A program made the position numbers and the translations under genes. 64,000 bases of DNA from Harriotta raleighana. Lineage: Eukaryota. Shown here piece after piece: positions 1 to 12,800 of the stretch (position 1 is the stretch's first letter; each line of letters begins with the position of its first letter). Below the pieces are notes generated by a model. That model ran no database searches. It saw nothing but the letters and a program-made list of their open reading frames with translations, and had not been told where the DNA came from. The stretch is from positions 8,687,900-8,751,899 of the forward strand of contig JBNZDD010013714.1 of NCBI GenBank assembly GCA_050575255.1. The letters are read 5' to 3'.

Positions 1-27
1 CCCCCCCCCCCCCCCCCCCGCCCCCCC
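1..27. repeat. Poly-C tract (poly-G on minus strand), truncated by window edge
   Basis: C19-G-C7 run seen directly. Confidence 0.9.
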
Positions 28-2399
28 GCAGGCTGCAAGACGTGGCAATTTCTGTATCCTATGGGTGAATGAGCCAATTTCTTTCGTCCGTCTCACCCCA
101 AATTCTTTTGGCTTGTAATTGCAATAGAACCCTTTCTGTGAGAAAGTTTTGTCTAATCTAATGCTTTCTATAATTCACAGTCACTATACCTGACAGCAAT
201 TGCTTATGACTCACTTTGAGACCCCATTTAGAAGCTTTACAAAATGCAAGAATTCTTATTAATTATTCTTAAAGTCCTATTAAATTACTATATATTATAG
301 GGAGTTAGGGAATATGGGAAGAACTGAAATAACAACAACAAAATTACATTTGAAGAGTGCCTTTCATGTCGGGAGGATGTCCTGAAATACTGAGTGACTT
401 AATGAGAAAGCTTATCTTCATTACAGAAATAAACGTTTTTGCACAATTGGATTTTTACTGTAATGGTGCAAAGATAAAAGAAATGATGCAAAAAACACAA
501 AATACTGCAGAAATACTGTCATGGACCCAAAACGTTGACTCACTTTCTCCATAGATGCTGCCTGACCAGAAATTATAATGCATCCAGTATATGTGCAGCA
601 TTTGTATTGCTGCTGTACTGCATTCATTTCAGATGACAATAAAGTTAATACTCGATTCTTTATTACCAACACAGTCCTGTAATCAAGTGTCTGTTATGGT
701 GGATACAATTGAATTAAAATAATTTTGAGAATTGCATGTTTTCACATTTTCTACAGATTCCATCAAAGCTCTTAAGCTTCCAGTGAAAAATAATAAATCT
801 TGCAATAAAATGTAGGAGTTTCATCCAATTTCACACCTATTAAATCTAAAATTGTTACCTTGGATGCTTTGGTCAATAGCACAGTGAATTGTATGTTTGA
901 CTTCACGAGGGGCAATATCTGTGGTATCATCACTGAGAACATTCAATTGCAAAATGGCAGGGCAGTCAGAAGCATCCAGACCCGCAAAATACTGTCACAT
1001 CAAAGAGTTGTACCACCAGAAAGCAACACGATGAATAAAAGCCTGCTTTCAAGATATCTAATTGCTGCACTGAATGAATGTGTGTAAATGTGATGGTTCA
1101 TGAAGTTGTTGCTTGTTTAATAAATTAGTCTAATGTTTATTTGAAAGCTTCCATGTGTTTTTTTTTTAATTGACGAGATAAGGTGTATCGGTTTTATTGA
1201 TGGGAAAACACTGGTGTGGGAAAATTGCCCTGCAAATTTCATTAAATGTTTCATGGAACATTCTTTGTAGAATTTCAAGAAATTATCCACAGGTTCCCGC
1301 TGACCCTGTTAATGATGTGATGAGGTCTGAAGACGTTATTTGGTTAGGAAAGCAATATCAGTTATGTACAGGAATTAACATTGATTCTCAGAATATACTG
1401 TCGGGTTATCAGCAGAGCCCTCTGAAACTTTTCAATACTCGAGTGATTAGTTTTAATAGCTTAGTGGCAGCATTTCTTTTTAAATGAAGTAAAGGCATAT
1501 TGCGTATGACCAAAGAATAGTGAATATTCTGCCATAAATGTATGGGTATTCACCATCTTTTAAGTGCGTTCTGTAAAATAACAATAATAAGAATGAACCA
1601 TCTATTCTAAACAGAGGCATCTTGAATTAAGGTGGCCATTACGTCACTTTTGATACAGTTGCAAATAAATCTTTCCATAGTTAAAACATTATTTTTTATT
1701 GCAGGAAGCTGATGTGAGAACAGATTGTTGATTGACATAGAAATGAAGTAAGCACACTCGGACATTCTCATCTGTGAAATAATTTATTCAAAATAATTTA
1801 AATAAATTTCGGGGCTAAAATTTCCTTGCGTTAATTAGCACGAGGAAGTACAATTGAAGAACATGGCTAATTTGTTCCTTAATTAGCACTAGTGTAAACT
1901 CATTGTCTTTGCCACACACACAGGCCATATAACAAGTCTCCCTCTGTATAACACTCTCCTACTGTTCTCAGCATCATGTTCCTTCCTTGCCCCTTCCTCG
2001 CCCCTTCCTCCTGCTTAAGATGAAACAAAAATCCAACTTCAAACAGTTATTTCTAGGCCATTGAAGTGCCAGTTTTAATCTTAAAGAAGGATGTGTAATT
2101 TGGGATTCCCTTTCACTATGCAAAGACTGGTATTAGTGGGGAGGGGCAGGGATAATCCCTTCAACCTCCCCTTCCCTTATCAACATCCCCAACTGTAGTT
2201 TTTTTGTTTGCACTTGTACAGATTGATCTTTAGCTGCTCTGTGTTGGAGACGCACTGTAATTTTTTCAGAAAATGGAAAGACATAGCAGAATCCAACCAT
2301 CAAAACATTAGAAAGACTGTGTGCTTTATGCTTAACTGATATTACTTTCCTAACCAAATAACGTCTAACACTGAAAACCAAAGATTTTTTTTCAACATA

Positions 2400-2580
2400 T
2401 ACCATGGAACGACTTGTGATGACAAGGAGTAAATTGCACTTTTGGAGAAAGTGGCATAATAGTGAGTTGAAAATTGTTTCAGAACCACTCAAGAGGCACT
2501 GTTACAATGTGAATAGCGTTTCAAAGCACAGCTCAACCAAATACTGTAGTAAGATTTACTGGCTGGAGCTATATGATGGT
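2400..2580 (+). mobile_element. Possible highly decayed CR1-like LINE 3' end
   Basis: ...GTGAATAGCGTTTCAAAGCACAGCTCAACCAAATACTG reads ..FKAQLNQIL, resembling the CR1 ORF2 C-terminal FKxxLD motif. Weak, recalled similarity. Confidence 0.25.
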
Positions 2581-3414
2581 AGATTATTCCGATAAATACG
2601 TAAAAATAAATAAACCAAGCGCTGATATTTGAGTCCCAAGTATTGGTAACATGTTCAGAAATGAAAGAACTTAAACTATCTCATGATGCTGAATCCAGTA
2701 AACATACATTGTGCTGCGAATTGGAATCTGAAATAGATAATGCAAGAATACAAAAATCTGGGTTTATGGAAGAGCTCTGGGACTATTTAATGCACTCATT
2801 AGGTGGTATTATGATAGCAGATGTAAAGAAGATATTTTCGTGGCGAGACCCCCCCCCAGTTACATTCTATATCCCCAGAGCCCAAGAGGAGCTATATTAA
2901 CAGCTTACTCTAAACGCCGACTTCACTTCTTCAAGTAAACCTCACAGAGACTATGCCCATTTGAGCTGTGTTCTGCTCATTCCACCTAAACCCAGTGGTC
3001 TAGAACAGAAATCTGTGTTGGTGTGAATTGAGAGAAAACATCAGCATCTAAGTATGGTTTGAGCATTAGTGATTCCTCGCTGTATCCTGACACCTCCACT
3101 GAGGAAACAGGTGACAGGAATATGAACAACCACCAAAAATGTAGTAAATAGAAATAAAATGAGAATGATTGCTCGTGGGCCACATCAACAGTGCTGACCA
3201 AAGCTCCACTTACTGCAGGTTCATCGTTTTTTTTACATGAATCCTGTAGATTTTTTGGGATGGAATCTGAAGAAATATTTGATAAAATCAAAGAGATTTA
3301 TCACTAATCCATGTTGATATACAAAAAGCACATATCACTTTCAAATCACATTTGATTTTCTTCAATAATCAATCGCTGCCCCTCATGAAAAAACACTGTC
3401 TAGTGTGAGACTTT

Positions 3415-3700
3415 GGAACTGAGCCATGCAGACAAGGGAGGGTCCTCATTTTATCCCAATCTGTGCTGATGGGGGTTATGATTCACCTCAGAGGCAAGGC
3501 ACTGTCCCAATTGTCTTCAATGCCTCTGAGCGAGGGATGAAAACAAATCAGTAACAACAACAACATAATTACTTTTATAGAGCGTATTTTACATGGGGAG
3601 GAGTCCCAATACTGCTTAAAGATGAACATGTGAGGTTTATCTCAATCTCGCCCTAACATTAGGTTAGGGCAGGATTGAGATAATTTGTGATGCACCCATA
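3415..3700 (+). mobile_element. Old SINE relic (same family as 39465-39680 and 42190-42385), interrupted by a minus-strand SINE tail at ~3552-3617
   Basis: Shares ordered motifs with 39465-39680: ATCCC..TCTGTG.T, CAATTGTC, GG(G/T)TAGG.CAG. An (AAC)n tail fragment lies inside it. Confidence 0.45.
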
Positions 3701-3725
3701 TGAAAATGTAGGGTACATCACTTAG

Positions 3726-4023
3726 TAATAATAATCCTTGCAATTGATATAGCACTTTTCATATCTAGAAGTCCAAAAGTGCTTCACAGAATATACGGTA
3801 AATTGAATTGACTGTATATTTGTGGGCAAAACAAAGCAGCCAATTGTGCACAGCAGCGTCCCTGAAACAGTCGTGGATTGAAATGACCAATTTTTTTTAA
3901 GGGATTATTAATAAGGTGTGTGTAGAATAAGGAAACTTGCCCAAGGTTTCATCCTGCCTAGAATCAAGCCCAGGTCTCTCGCTTGTGAGGCAAGTGATCT
4001 ACCCACTGAGCTACTGAAACTAC
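3726..4023 (-). mobile_element. Full-length tRNA-derived SINE (short variant)
   Basis: Reverse complement aligns end to end with 46468-46779: tRNA head (GTAGCTCAGTGGGTAGA..., CCTGGGCTTGATTC), CCTTGGGCAAGTTTCCTTA, body, and ATATCAATTGCAAGG(ATT)n tail. Confidence 0.9.
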
Positions 4024-7000
4024 ACCCAGCTTAAGACTCAATGCCTTCAAATGAGAAAGAGAGAAATTAGTTTCTACTTGTATCCTTCTTATACAGTATG
4101 AAGCAAACTAAATTTTCAGGCATACATTGAGTCATTCAATAAAGTAGCGCCCTTTATTATACAATTTGAAGCAAAATTTATCTGAAAATGGTTCATTGAG
4201 GGTGCATGGCCTGATCACTGATATCAGTGAGTCTGAACCCAGAGTCAATAGTACAGGGATTGCTGCCTATTGGTGTCACACAATGCAGGCTTGTTCCACA
4301 AATGTACACTAACAAAAATTGACTTCAGTATCATAAAACTAATATAGGTTGCAATTCTGAGTCTATAAATAGTGTCCTCCTGACCTGTTCTGGAGACATG
4401 ACATCGAACAATGCTGAGCACTCAATTTTCTTCAGCATTTAGGTTTTCAGTTCATCAGTTGGGATCTCAAGCCTAACCCTCAAGGCTATTTTCTATCATT
4501 ACAGTCTGTACACTGTAGATCTTAGATGTAAGCAATATTTTGGTAATACCACCCATTTAAAAAAAAAACATACAATGTGTTTTAGTAAAATTGTCTCTGT
4601 CTGTAACTATGTCACTATTTTAACATGAGAAAAAAGTGTATTATTGTATAGACTGCATCAACTTTAAAAGAGATTAATAGCTGGTAATGAGATTTACCAC
4701 AGCTTCATTGTAGGTCTAATATAGGTATGTATTTCTTTATCATGTAAATAATTCTTATATGTATTACTTGTGAGAGATAAGTTATTAAACACTTTGAAAT
4801 GCTACCCTGCACTATATAATTGCAAGTTGTTGTACTAATAAACGTTCTTTGACATTCAGGAGTGAAGGCTGTGAATGTAACTGATGATAGGATAATATAG
4901 ATAAGAATGATACTGAACTTGAAGGGGCATATCATGATGTGACGGGTAATGCAACATTGCAGAATCTTTTGTGGCGACAGAATACAGGAAAAAAGTAAGG
5001 GGAGCTTGGAACGTGTTGAAGATTGCAACAAAATGTTGGTGCTCATATTGCCACACAAAATCATTCAAGCTGCAGTTTGTGATGTTATTAGGATCCTGTG
5101 ATTCTGAATCCCAATCCATCTTTTATTCTTTTTGTAGCACTCTCTAGATGTCGTTCAAGCATCTCAGAGTAAACATTTTCCTGAGTGCTTTTTGATGTTG
5201 AATGGGCTGAGATTGCAACTTATGAGCAAGGAGGAGCACTCCTAGCAGATGATTTTTTTGGGGGTGTGTGAAAATCATTAAAACCATAGAAATTAATTTT
5301 CTTATTTGCGAAAATAAGTTAGCAAGTGTCGCTCCAGCAAATAATCATATGTTTAAGGGTCAAAGCCATTATGTTGTCCACTGACCACTCGTGTTTACCT
5401 TATGGGGCAGCAGCAAATAAGAAAAATATGTGTTACTATTGGAAACAGCAAGCACCGTTCAAAGCCTGATCCCATATGATTCACACCTATAGTATTAATT
5501 ATTCCTTTAATCTTACGAATTAAAAATATCTGCGAGTTTTGTTTGAATACTGTAAAACATTTGAAATGGAATTAATTAAAAGGTTCAGTTGGTCACTGCC
5601 TCTCTCAATGCACAAGGGAACATGAGATTAACACTTTGCACACTCACTGCAATGTCAAAATTCAAGAAGCTTGAGACATCATTATCTCACCCCTGACCGC
5701 ATAGCACGGAAGATGAGCTGCACTTCTAGGGGCACAGGAATTTTGTGTATTCGAGGTGGAAGATGTAATTTTCCACCTAGAGGTACAAACGGCTAATAGC
5801 AGTATCCAAACACTTGGTGATAAAAGCAATCAGGGCACTTAATTGATGCTGAAAGCCAATTAAGCTGAGAAATCTATGATTTTCCGCTGACTCTGAGGCT
5901 TACAGAATACAGGGGTATTTAATCATGGTCTGAGCAGGCATAAAGCATTCGATGTGTTTGCAGAGTATTGCAGCTTTGGTACACTACGTGTACAAGGCTT
6001 CATTTAGAAAATGGCATTTGCACCTCTAGAAACCACCATTGTTAGTTGGGAGGAGATGGAAAGGAATGAATGGATGATCATGGCCACAGGTGATGGTCTC
6101 TCCATACTGTGCATGTAGGAAAGGTCATCGGGCCTAGATCACCTTATTTGGATCTCAAGGAGCAGTATCAGGAAATCGCAAAGTTGCATAAATGATATCA
6201 TCCCCATAGTATTAGTATCATCAGAATCATATTTAAAATTTCACTAATGTGAGAATTTGTTACTTCACTGCACAGTGTGCATTCCTTTTGGCCTCCCTTG
6301 TGTGTGTAGACCTTCTTGATTGACACTGCTAGAGTTTACAAATGAACAAAGGCCTTAAGAACGTGTTATAATATTTCCATGGAAGAACCTCCAAGTGCGG
6401 TGATCAACTTACAGAATAAAGAAATATCACAGTTTATGTTCCTAATGCAATTACTCTTGAAAGCCAGTGATTTTTCAGTGCTTTAACTCCAATGCTGGTG
6501 ACCTTTAAGTGTTTCCTACCATTTTAATGCACTGTCCACAGAGGCTTACCACAACAGTCCGCTAACGGAAGCTATGGAGTACTCTGCAAACAAAACTGGG
6601 CTGCGGAAACCAATTGTTCTCTCTGCAAGTGAGTGGGTCGGGACCACAAATTCCAATGGCAACCTGTTTGTTATCATTCTGATCCCAAAAGGCAAACAGT
6701 GGTTTGATGCTATCCATCAGGGGCTATCAATCAAAACACATACATACAAAGACAGGAACACTTGTGCCAAATTGTGATCTCCATTAAAATCCACTTGTAT
6801 GATGTACATCCTCAGCTCAGTCTCTTTGTTATTTACAGATGCAATGGTAAAACAAATTTTAATTGCCAGTGATTAAGGCTCTTACTGTTAAAGTGGGCAG
6901 GAATGGATTCATGGCCTGAAAATTCAAGTCACGTGAAGCAAAAGAGTAATCCAATGGCAAATTATGGTTTGTAAGATCCTCTACGCTAGCAACTGAGTTA

Positions 7001-7898
7001 AGTTTGCTCTAAGTTATTTCACAAAGAACCATTCTAACTGGTGGATAGAGACTCATCCCATTCCCAGGCATCAAAGGACTACATGCTTGGAAATTACACT
7101 GCAGTGTTCCTGCTTAAATCCCTTTTCTTGGTATTAAACAATCACTGCATTCCAATCCCACACTGTTACCAAGTATGTAACTTTGCAAGTCAACTACATA
7201 AGCAAAAACCTTCTGTGCATAAGAACTGATTTCAAACATATATCTAAATGTGTTTTTTCACTGTCTTCCTACATAGTTCATTGACATTTGCAAGTGAAAT
7301 CTATTGCTTTTAGTGGATTTTAGTCAAAAGCATTATCCTAATTCACATTTCCTTTCCATTCTGCTAACCCAGCATTATCTTACAGTGTAAAAGAAAAGCA
7401 TGACATACCACCTCCTATTCCCTGTTGTATTGTAAGGAACACAAGCTATCACAATAATATTCGTTGGGATAAATAGAATATAGTTGGTGTATCATTCAAT
7501 TTAGAATATGTCTTCAGATCTCTCTCCAGCAATGTGGATCAGAAAGTGATAGTGAGGGGCAATCAATTTTGCTTAGCCTAATTTCTACAAAAATATATTG
7601 TTAGCAAAGAGAAACTATTTGAAGAATAACATTATATTACAAATCAAAATGTGCTTTGATGAAAACATCTGTATGTGTTTGCAATTCTCAACATCCCTCA
7701 CACCTCATAATAACCTGAGGTTCACCCCTTCATAAAATCAGAGGAACAAATTCTGAATTTGATTGTAAAGAAATTACATCTGGTAAGATACTGCACCCTA
7801 CCTCTCAGTGATTTTCATTAACAAGTCCTCTATGCAAGTTAGACTCATGAACTGGATGTGAGTCTCATTGTCAATAGTCTACATAAGTGTTTTCAGTC

Positions 7899-8300
7899 TG
7901 GCCCAGAGTGTTTTTAAACACTCTTTACTTTGAATCAGAAGGTTTCAGATTCCAGCCGCACGTTGGGACTTGGAGCTCATTGTATAGGTTGACACTCCAT
8001 TGAAGTTCTGGGGGAACGCTGCATTGCCAGAGGTGGTTTTGGCAACACTTGCTCTTCAAATGAGATGTTAAATTGAGTCCCATTTGCCTGTTCAGGTTGA
8101 TGTTGAAAACTCAATGGCACTATTTTGAAAGAGAAGGGAATTTTTCCCCTACTCTTGGCCAACAATTCTCCAGATAATATTAGTCATTCATTTTGTGACT
8201 GTATGTTCAAAAATTGGCTGCAGCATTGACTTACAAATGCAGTCACTACATTTCAAAGTAAAAATTCTGTGACATGCTTCGAGTCATGACGCAATACTAC
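7899..8300 (+). mobile_element. Old Deu-domain SINE (SacSINE1/AmnSINE1-like)
   Basis: Degenerate tRNA head, then GCTGCATTGCCAGAGGTG...ATGAGATGTTAAA...CAGGTTGATGTTGAAAACTCAATGGCACTATTTTGAA...AAATTGGCTGC...CAGTCACTACATTTCAAAGT, matching the recalled Deu-domain consensus order. Confidence 0.7.
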
Positions 8301-9454
8301 ATTCAAATCTTATGATTTGTGAAAATTAATTTGAGTCTAAACCACTGAAATTTTTAACAACCATTCCAAGGCATAACCAGGATCTGCTTCCAGAGCACAG
8401 TTCCCACAAGTGGCCATGACATGCTTCAGAAAAGATGCCAGGAACGTAAAGCTCATTACCAAAGTGAGCAATTCACTGCTGCTGGTTAGGCAAACCATCT
8501 CCACCATCTACAGCACCTGAAGTAGTCATTTTAAAGTTCCATTTAGTGCCATAACTCTGTAATTCAAGTTCCACCCAGCAAATTTAATATTCTTGCTTTT
8601 GTGCCAATTTAAATGGTATCTGATATCCAGGATGGATGATGGGACTTGGTGATTTGCCAAGACATAAACTGCTGAGTGACATTAGTGCTGCATAACTCAT
8701 GAGGCTGAAGAACCCATCTCACTCAGTGTTTCATTTTACAGTGAATCGCTGAGCCCCCATAATGTGTCTTCTTTACAAGTATCATTTGTCAAAAAACATT
8801 ATTAAAGTGGGATAAAGTCAAACAAATATTGTGCATAACAAATAATTTTCAGTGAGTTACTGTGGTGCAAACTGGATTATAATGCATTGCAAAACTCTGT
8901 TATTATACAGCCAGCCTTTTGCAATACAGGGTGGAAATTCAAAAGAGGTATTGAAATGACACAATTGTGGAGTCTCGCTATAATGGCGACAATGTAAGAG
9001 ACTCAAAACTATTGTCGCAGGCAGGAGAGAAATGTACTTCTTCCCAGGAGAACTATTCTTTAACCTCTGTTTAAAAGCACATCATTGTAAGATGGACAGC
9101 AAAGTAAACAAAACAGCAATAGAGTAAAGTTTTGCATGCTGTGCTTTCCAGTTCCTTTACACTTAATTGAGGCTTTCATATTCTTACAATAGCAACACAT
9201 AAAAGTAAATGGAACAAAAGGGCACAATATGTTTGATGATTGTTTCCTGGCAGTTTCGATGCTGGCATATGTTCAATTGGTAGATTGGTCAAAATGCCTC
9301 AAAGCACTTCACAGGATTGATTGTAAAGTGTAGTGACTGTGCAATTGTTGGCCAACAGTAGTAATATTCAGGTGCAATTACCCCCTCGCTATGTATTTTG
9401 AAATGGGAAATCAGAGCCATGCTTTGAAACCTGCTTTGGACTGCCTATGGTCCT

Positions 9455-9490
9455 CAATCTGAGTTTGACACCCCTGGAGACTGAAATTGA
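9455..9490 (-). mobile_element. Short LF-SINE-like 3' fragment
   Basis: Minus strand reads TTCAGTCTCCAGGGGTGTCAAACTCAG, similar to the recalled LF-SINE 3' end TTCAGTCTCCAGGGCTGTCAATCCAG. Confidence 0.35.
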
Positions 9491-9539
9491 AACCACACAC
9501 ATTTTTCATGTATTGACATGAGAATGCAAAACAATAATA

Positions 9540-9675
9540 ATTTGGTCATTCAAATTACCCACGACTGTTTGTGGGACACTGCTGTGTGGAATTGGCTTGC
9601 AAGTTCCACCCAGAAAATATATGGTAAATTCACTTTAGAATATAGAGCTTTGAGACGTCTCAACAATGTGATAAG
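9540..9675 (+). mobile_element. SINE body fragment
   Basis: TTGGTCATT...CCACGACTGTTTGTGGGACACTGCTGTG..AATTGGCT...GCTTTGAGACGTCTC matches the 3' half of 46468-46779. Confidence 0.8.
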
Positions 9676-9685
9676 ATAATACTAC

Positions 9686-9833
9686 TAATAATAATCCCTG
9701 CATTTGATAAGGCACTTTTCACGTATTCTAGACGTCTAGAATATTCTGTAAAGTGAATGGACCTGTATATATGTGGGCGAAATTACACACAGAAAGTGTC
9801 CCACAAACAATTATGGATTGAAATGAACAATTT
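9686..9833 (-). mobile_element. 5'-truncated SINE, tail-to-tail with the preceding copy
   Basis: TAATAATAATCCCTGCATTTGATA...GTCCCACAAACA...TGGATTGAAATGAACAATTT. Confidence 0.85.
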
Positions 9834-12800
9834 ATTATTGTTTGTACTATATGGGGTATATAGTACTATAGGTACCATATCAAATGCAAGGATCTCATTA
9901 TTAAAAAATTATACAGAACCACAGTACTGTTATTTCCCTAGAATATCGACTGCAATGAAAGGATGGTTTGAAAACTAAGGTGCGGATAGATGGTGACCAA
10001 GAAAAGTCAGAGGAGCAAAGGTGTGATAATGAAGATCACGGAGAGGTGACACACTGCAGGACACAGGAGAATAAGAAACTGAGGCCTCAGCCTAGAGTAA
10101 GGCAGAAGAAGATGAAGAAAAGATGAAGCGAAAAGAAAAGGACTTTGTGTTTTACATTTGAAAGGGAGGAACAATTTCTTTAATTCTTTTGTATTAGCTT
10201 TTTTTAACTATTATATGGTGCACCTCTAAGCTATTAGTTAAGTGGGGCGCATACATTATAAATTAGTGCTAGTTCAGAAATAAACCACAGCAATTACACC
10301 ATCATTCCAGTATCCATCCATGTGGGATAAATAGAGCATAGTTGGTAGGTGGGAGTGAAAATCATCTCATATGAAGTTCATAAACCCAAGGTGAGGAGCT
10401 TGAGCAATTTTTTGTCATCTATACAATGAGATTAGATTGTTTTCATGTTAGTCACTCCAACTCACCCATTATTTCATAATATACATGCCAGTGTTATTTT
10501 TAGCTGCAAAATTAAGTCTGACCTGACAAAGATTGCCACGGGAAAGGCAGTTCTTTTAGCAATGGATATAACGCACAATATTGGCAGCTTAGAAGCTTTT
10601 GTTGTAGTGTGACACAGGACCTAGCCAGACCCTCTCACCAAAGCATCTTGTGGTTGTTTCAAAGAAATGAACCAGCTTGTGATGGAGCTGTAAAGAGGAC
10701 TTTCACTTTTGTTGCTTGTAATTGTTTTTTTTCTTATTATTCTCAATTCAATCTCTCCCACTGCACAGATTTCAACAAATCTATCTCCTGTTGGTGGAGG
10801 ACAGAATAATGTGGGTGACAGTCAGTGCGGAAGCCAGACCAACAATTGAAAAAGGCTATTTAAAATGTGAGAGAGGGATTCTTCCCCAGGTAGTTTTTTT
10901 TCCTCTTTCTTGGCAATCCTATCAAGCTTAGAACATTTCCTCAGGAAGTGTGATTGTCAATCAAGACTGGCTATGTGAGGGGGTTTGTTTTTGGTTAGCC
11001 ATGGATTGTTAAGTGGCTGGCGAAAGCCAAGGCTTGGGGATCTCAGAGTATGTGTTAAAGTACTGGAATTCAACCAACTAAAACCACATACACTGTCTGC
11101 CAAGGTTCACACCTTGCCACCTCCAGTAAGACTAGCCTAACATCAGGGCTTTGGCTTGCACATTTAGCAGGATCTCAATAGGAAGATTCCCCCCCCCCAT
11201 TCTGCCCCTCCAAGTCCTGCCAATGAGCCAGGCTGTCGTCAGCAGTACCCTGCAGTACTGTGGACACCTAGATTACTAAGGCCACCATAGAAGATTCTGT
11301 TGTCAAGAATGTCACCTTGGATGCAGCTGAGACTGTGTTTACTATCTCCCCAAGAAGGATCATTCCTAAAGAGGTTTGTGAGATGAGAAGAGCCTTTATT
11401 AATATATTGCAGCCTCTGAAACATTGGGGGGGAACTTTTTGCAGTAAACATCAAATAATAAAATGCAATTCACCTCATTATCCTTCTTAACTACCTTTCC
11501 CTTTAGTTTACCACCTTAAGAGATGACAAAAGGACTTAAAACGTGCACGTAGCAAGTATCCCATAACATAGCTAATAAACTGACTGACTGTGCCAATTCT
11601 TGTACCAGCATATAATATCCTACATTTTGTTATCTGGAATTGTCATGTTTCATTAATTTCCTAAAGCAGTATGGAAAGAATGATCATTTAAAAACAAAAG
11701 GGGGGATTTTTAGGATTTCAAGCAGTCTGAAGTAAAAATTAACATTTTCACGAAATCTACATTTGTGCTTGAAACATACGTAGGAAGAGAGATGGTGAAT
11801 AAGATAGAGTGGAGCGAGTGTAAAAATTAAAAGCCATCATTAAAATTAACTGAGTGAAAAAATAAGTTTATGACAAAAGAGTCATTGAATACTATTTAGC
11901 AGCATTGGAAAGAACCATAAAAAGATGGTTATAGTGCATCGAATATCTCCTGGGTTATAACTGGCAATTAGGGTCTACACTGCTCTGCAAGAAGATGTTT
12001 TTTGAAAGCAGATAGGAATGTTTAAATCAATACACTGCCCATCAGAATCTAACTATCAAAGACCATACGGTGTAAAAATCAATCACCACCTCTTCTTCTT
12101 TATGTCCTCTTCTTTGTATCTATCGTTTAGTACAAGAGATGGAGAAAGAGCATCACAAAAATGTTTGTAAAGTCTTGAATTTAGCTTACTAACTGGAGGC
12201 AAATTCTTACCACACTATTAAAAAGGATTTTGGCAAGTTGATGCTTGCTGTACAAAGGTCAGTGATTTGTAGGCCGATCCTAGCAATTTTCCAGGTTTTG
12301 GCATTTTGAAAGCGCACACAGGACAGCACTTCAGTAAGCTAACCTTGACAGTGAATTGGATAAATAAACCTTCAATTTACCCCCTTCTGCTCAAAGCTAG
12401 CCTAGCTGATCTCTCTGGAGCCTTCACCTATCCACATCGTTCAACTCATTGCAACTTTCAACTGATGCATGTCTGCGGCTCCACTAGCCTTGTGACAAAC
12501 ACTATCGTACAGTAAAGCTAAGGCGCTTGCTTTAGAAAAGTCAAAGTCAATAGGGCTTGCATTGAAATTTTAATGCATGTTCCATCTTTACCCACCATCC
12601 TCTCTGCATGTATCCCAGGAGGCACTTCAAGTGAGAGAACCACTCCATAACAGGTAATGACGTGGCATTTAATGATACTGTCCAAAGTGATCCAAGCCTG
12701 CAGAAAGTAATGTGTGCTCATGTACCAGATAAGCATAGCTGAATGTACCAGAACAGCAATATCTTTCACCACACTGTCACAAGAATAAAATGTGACATAT

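Noticed and set aside
3205-3250. Minus-strand micro-exon (DSCKKNDEPA followed by GTAAGT)
   Set aside because: The acceptor is interrupted by an A-run and there is no supporting homology.
5754-5778. AGGTGGAA...TTCCACCT hairpin
   Set aside because: An 8 bp stem is expected by chance in 64 kb.
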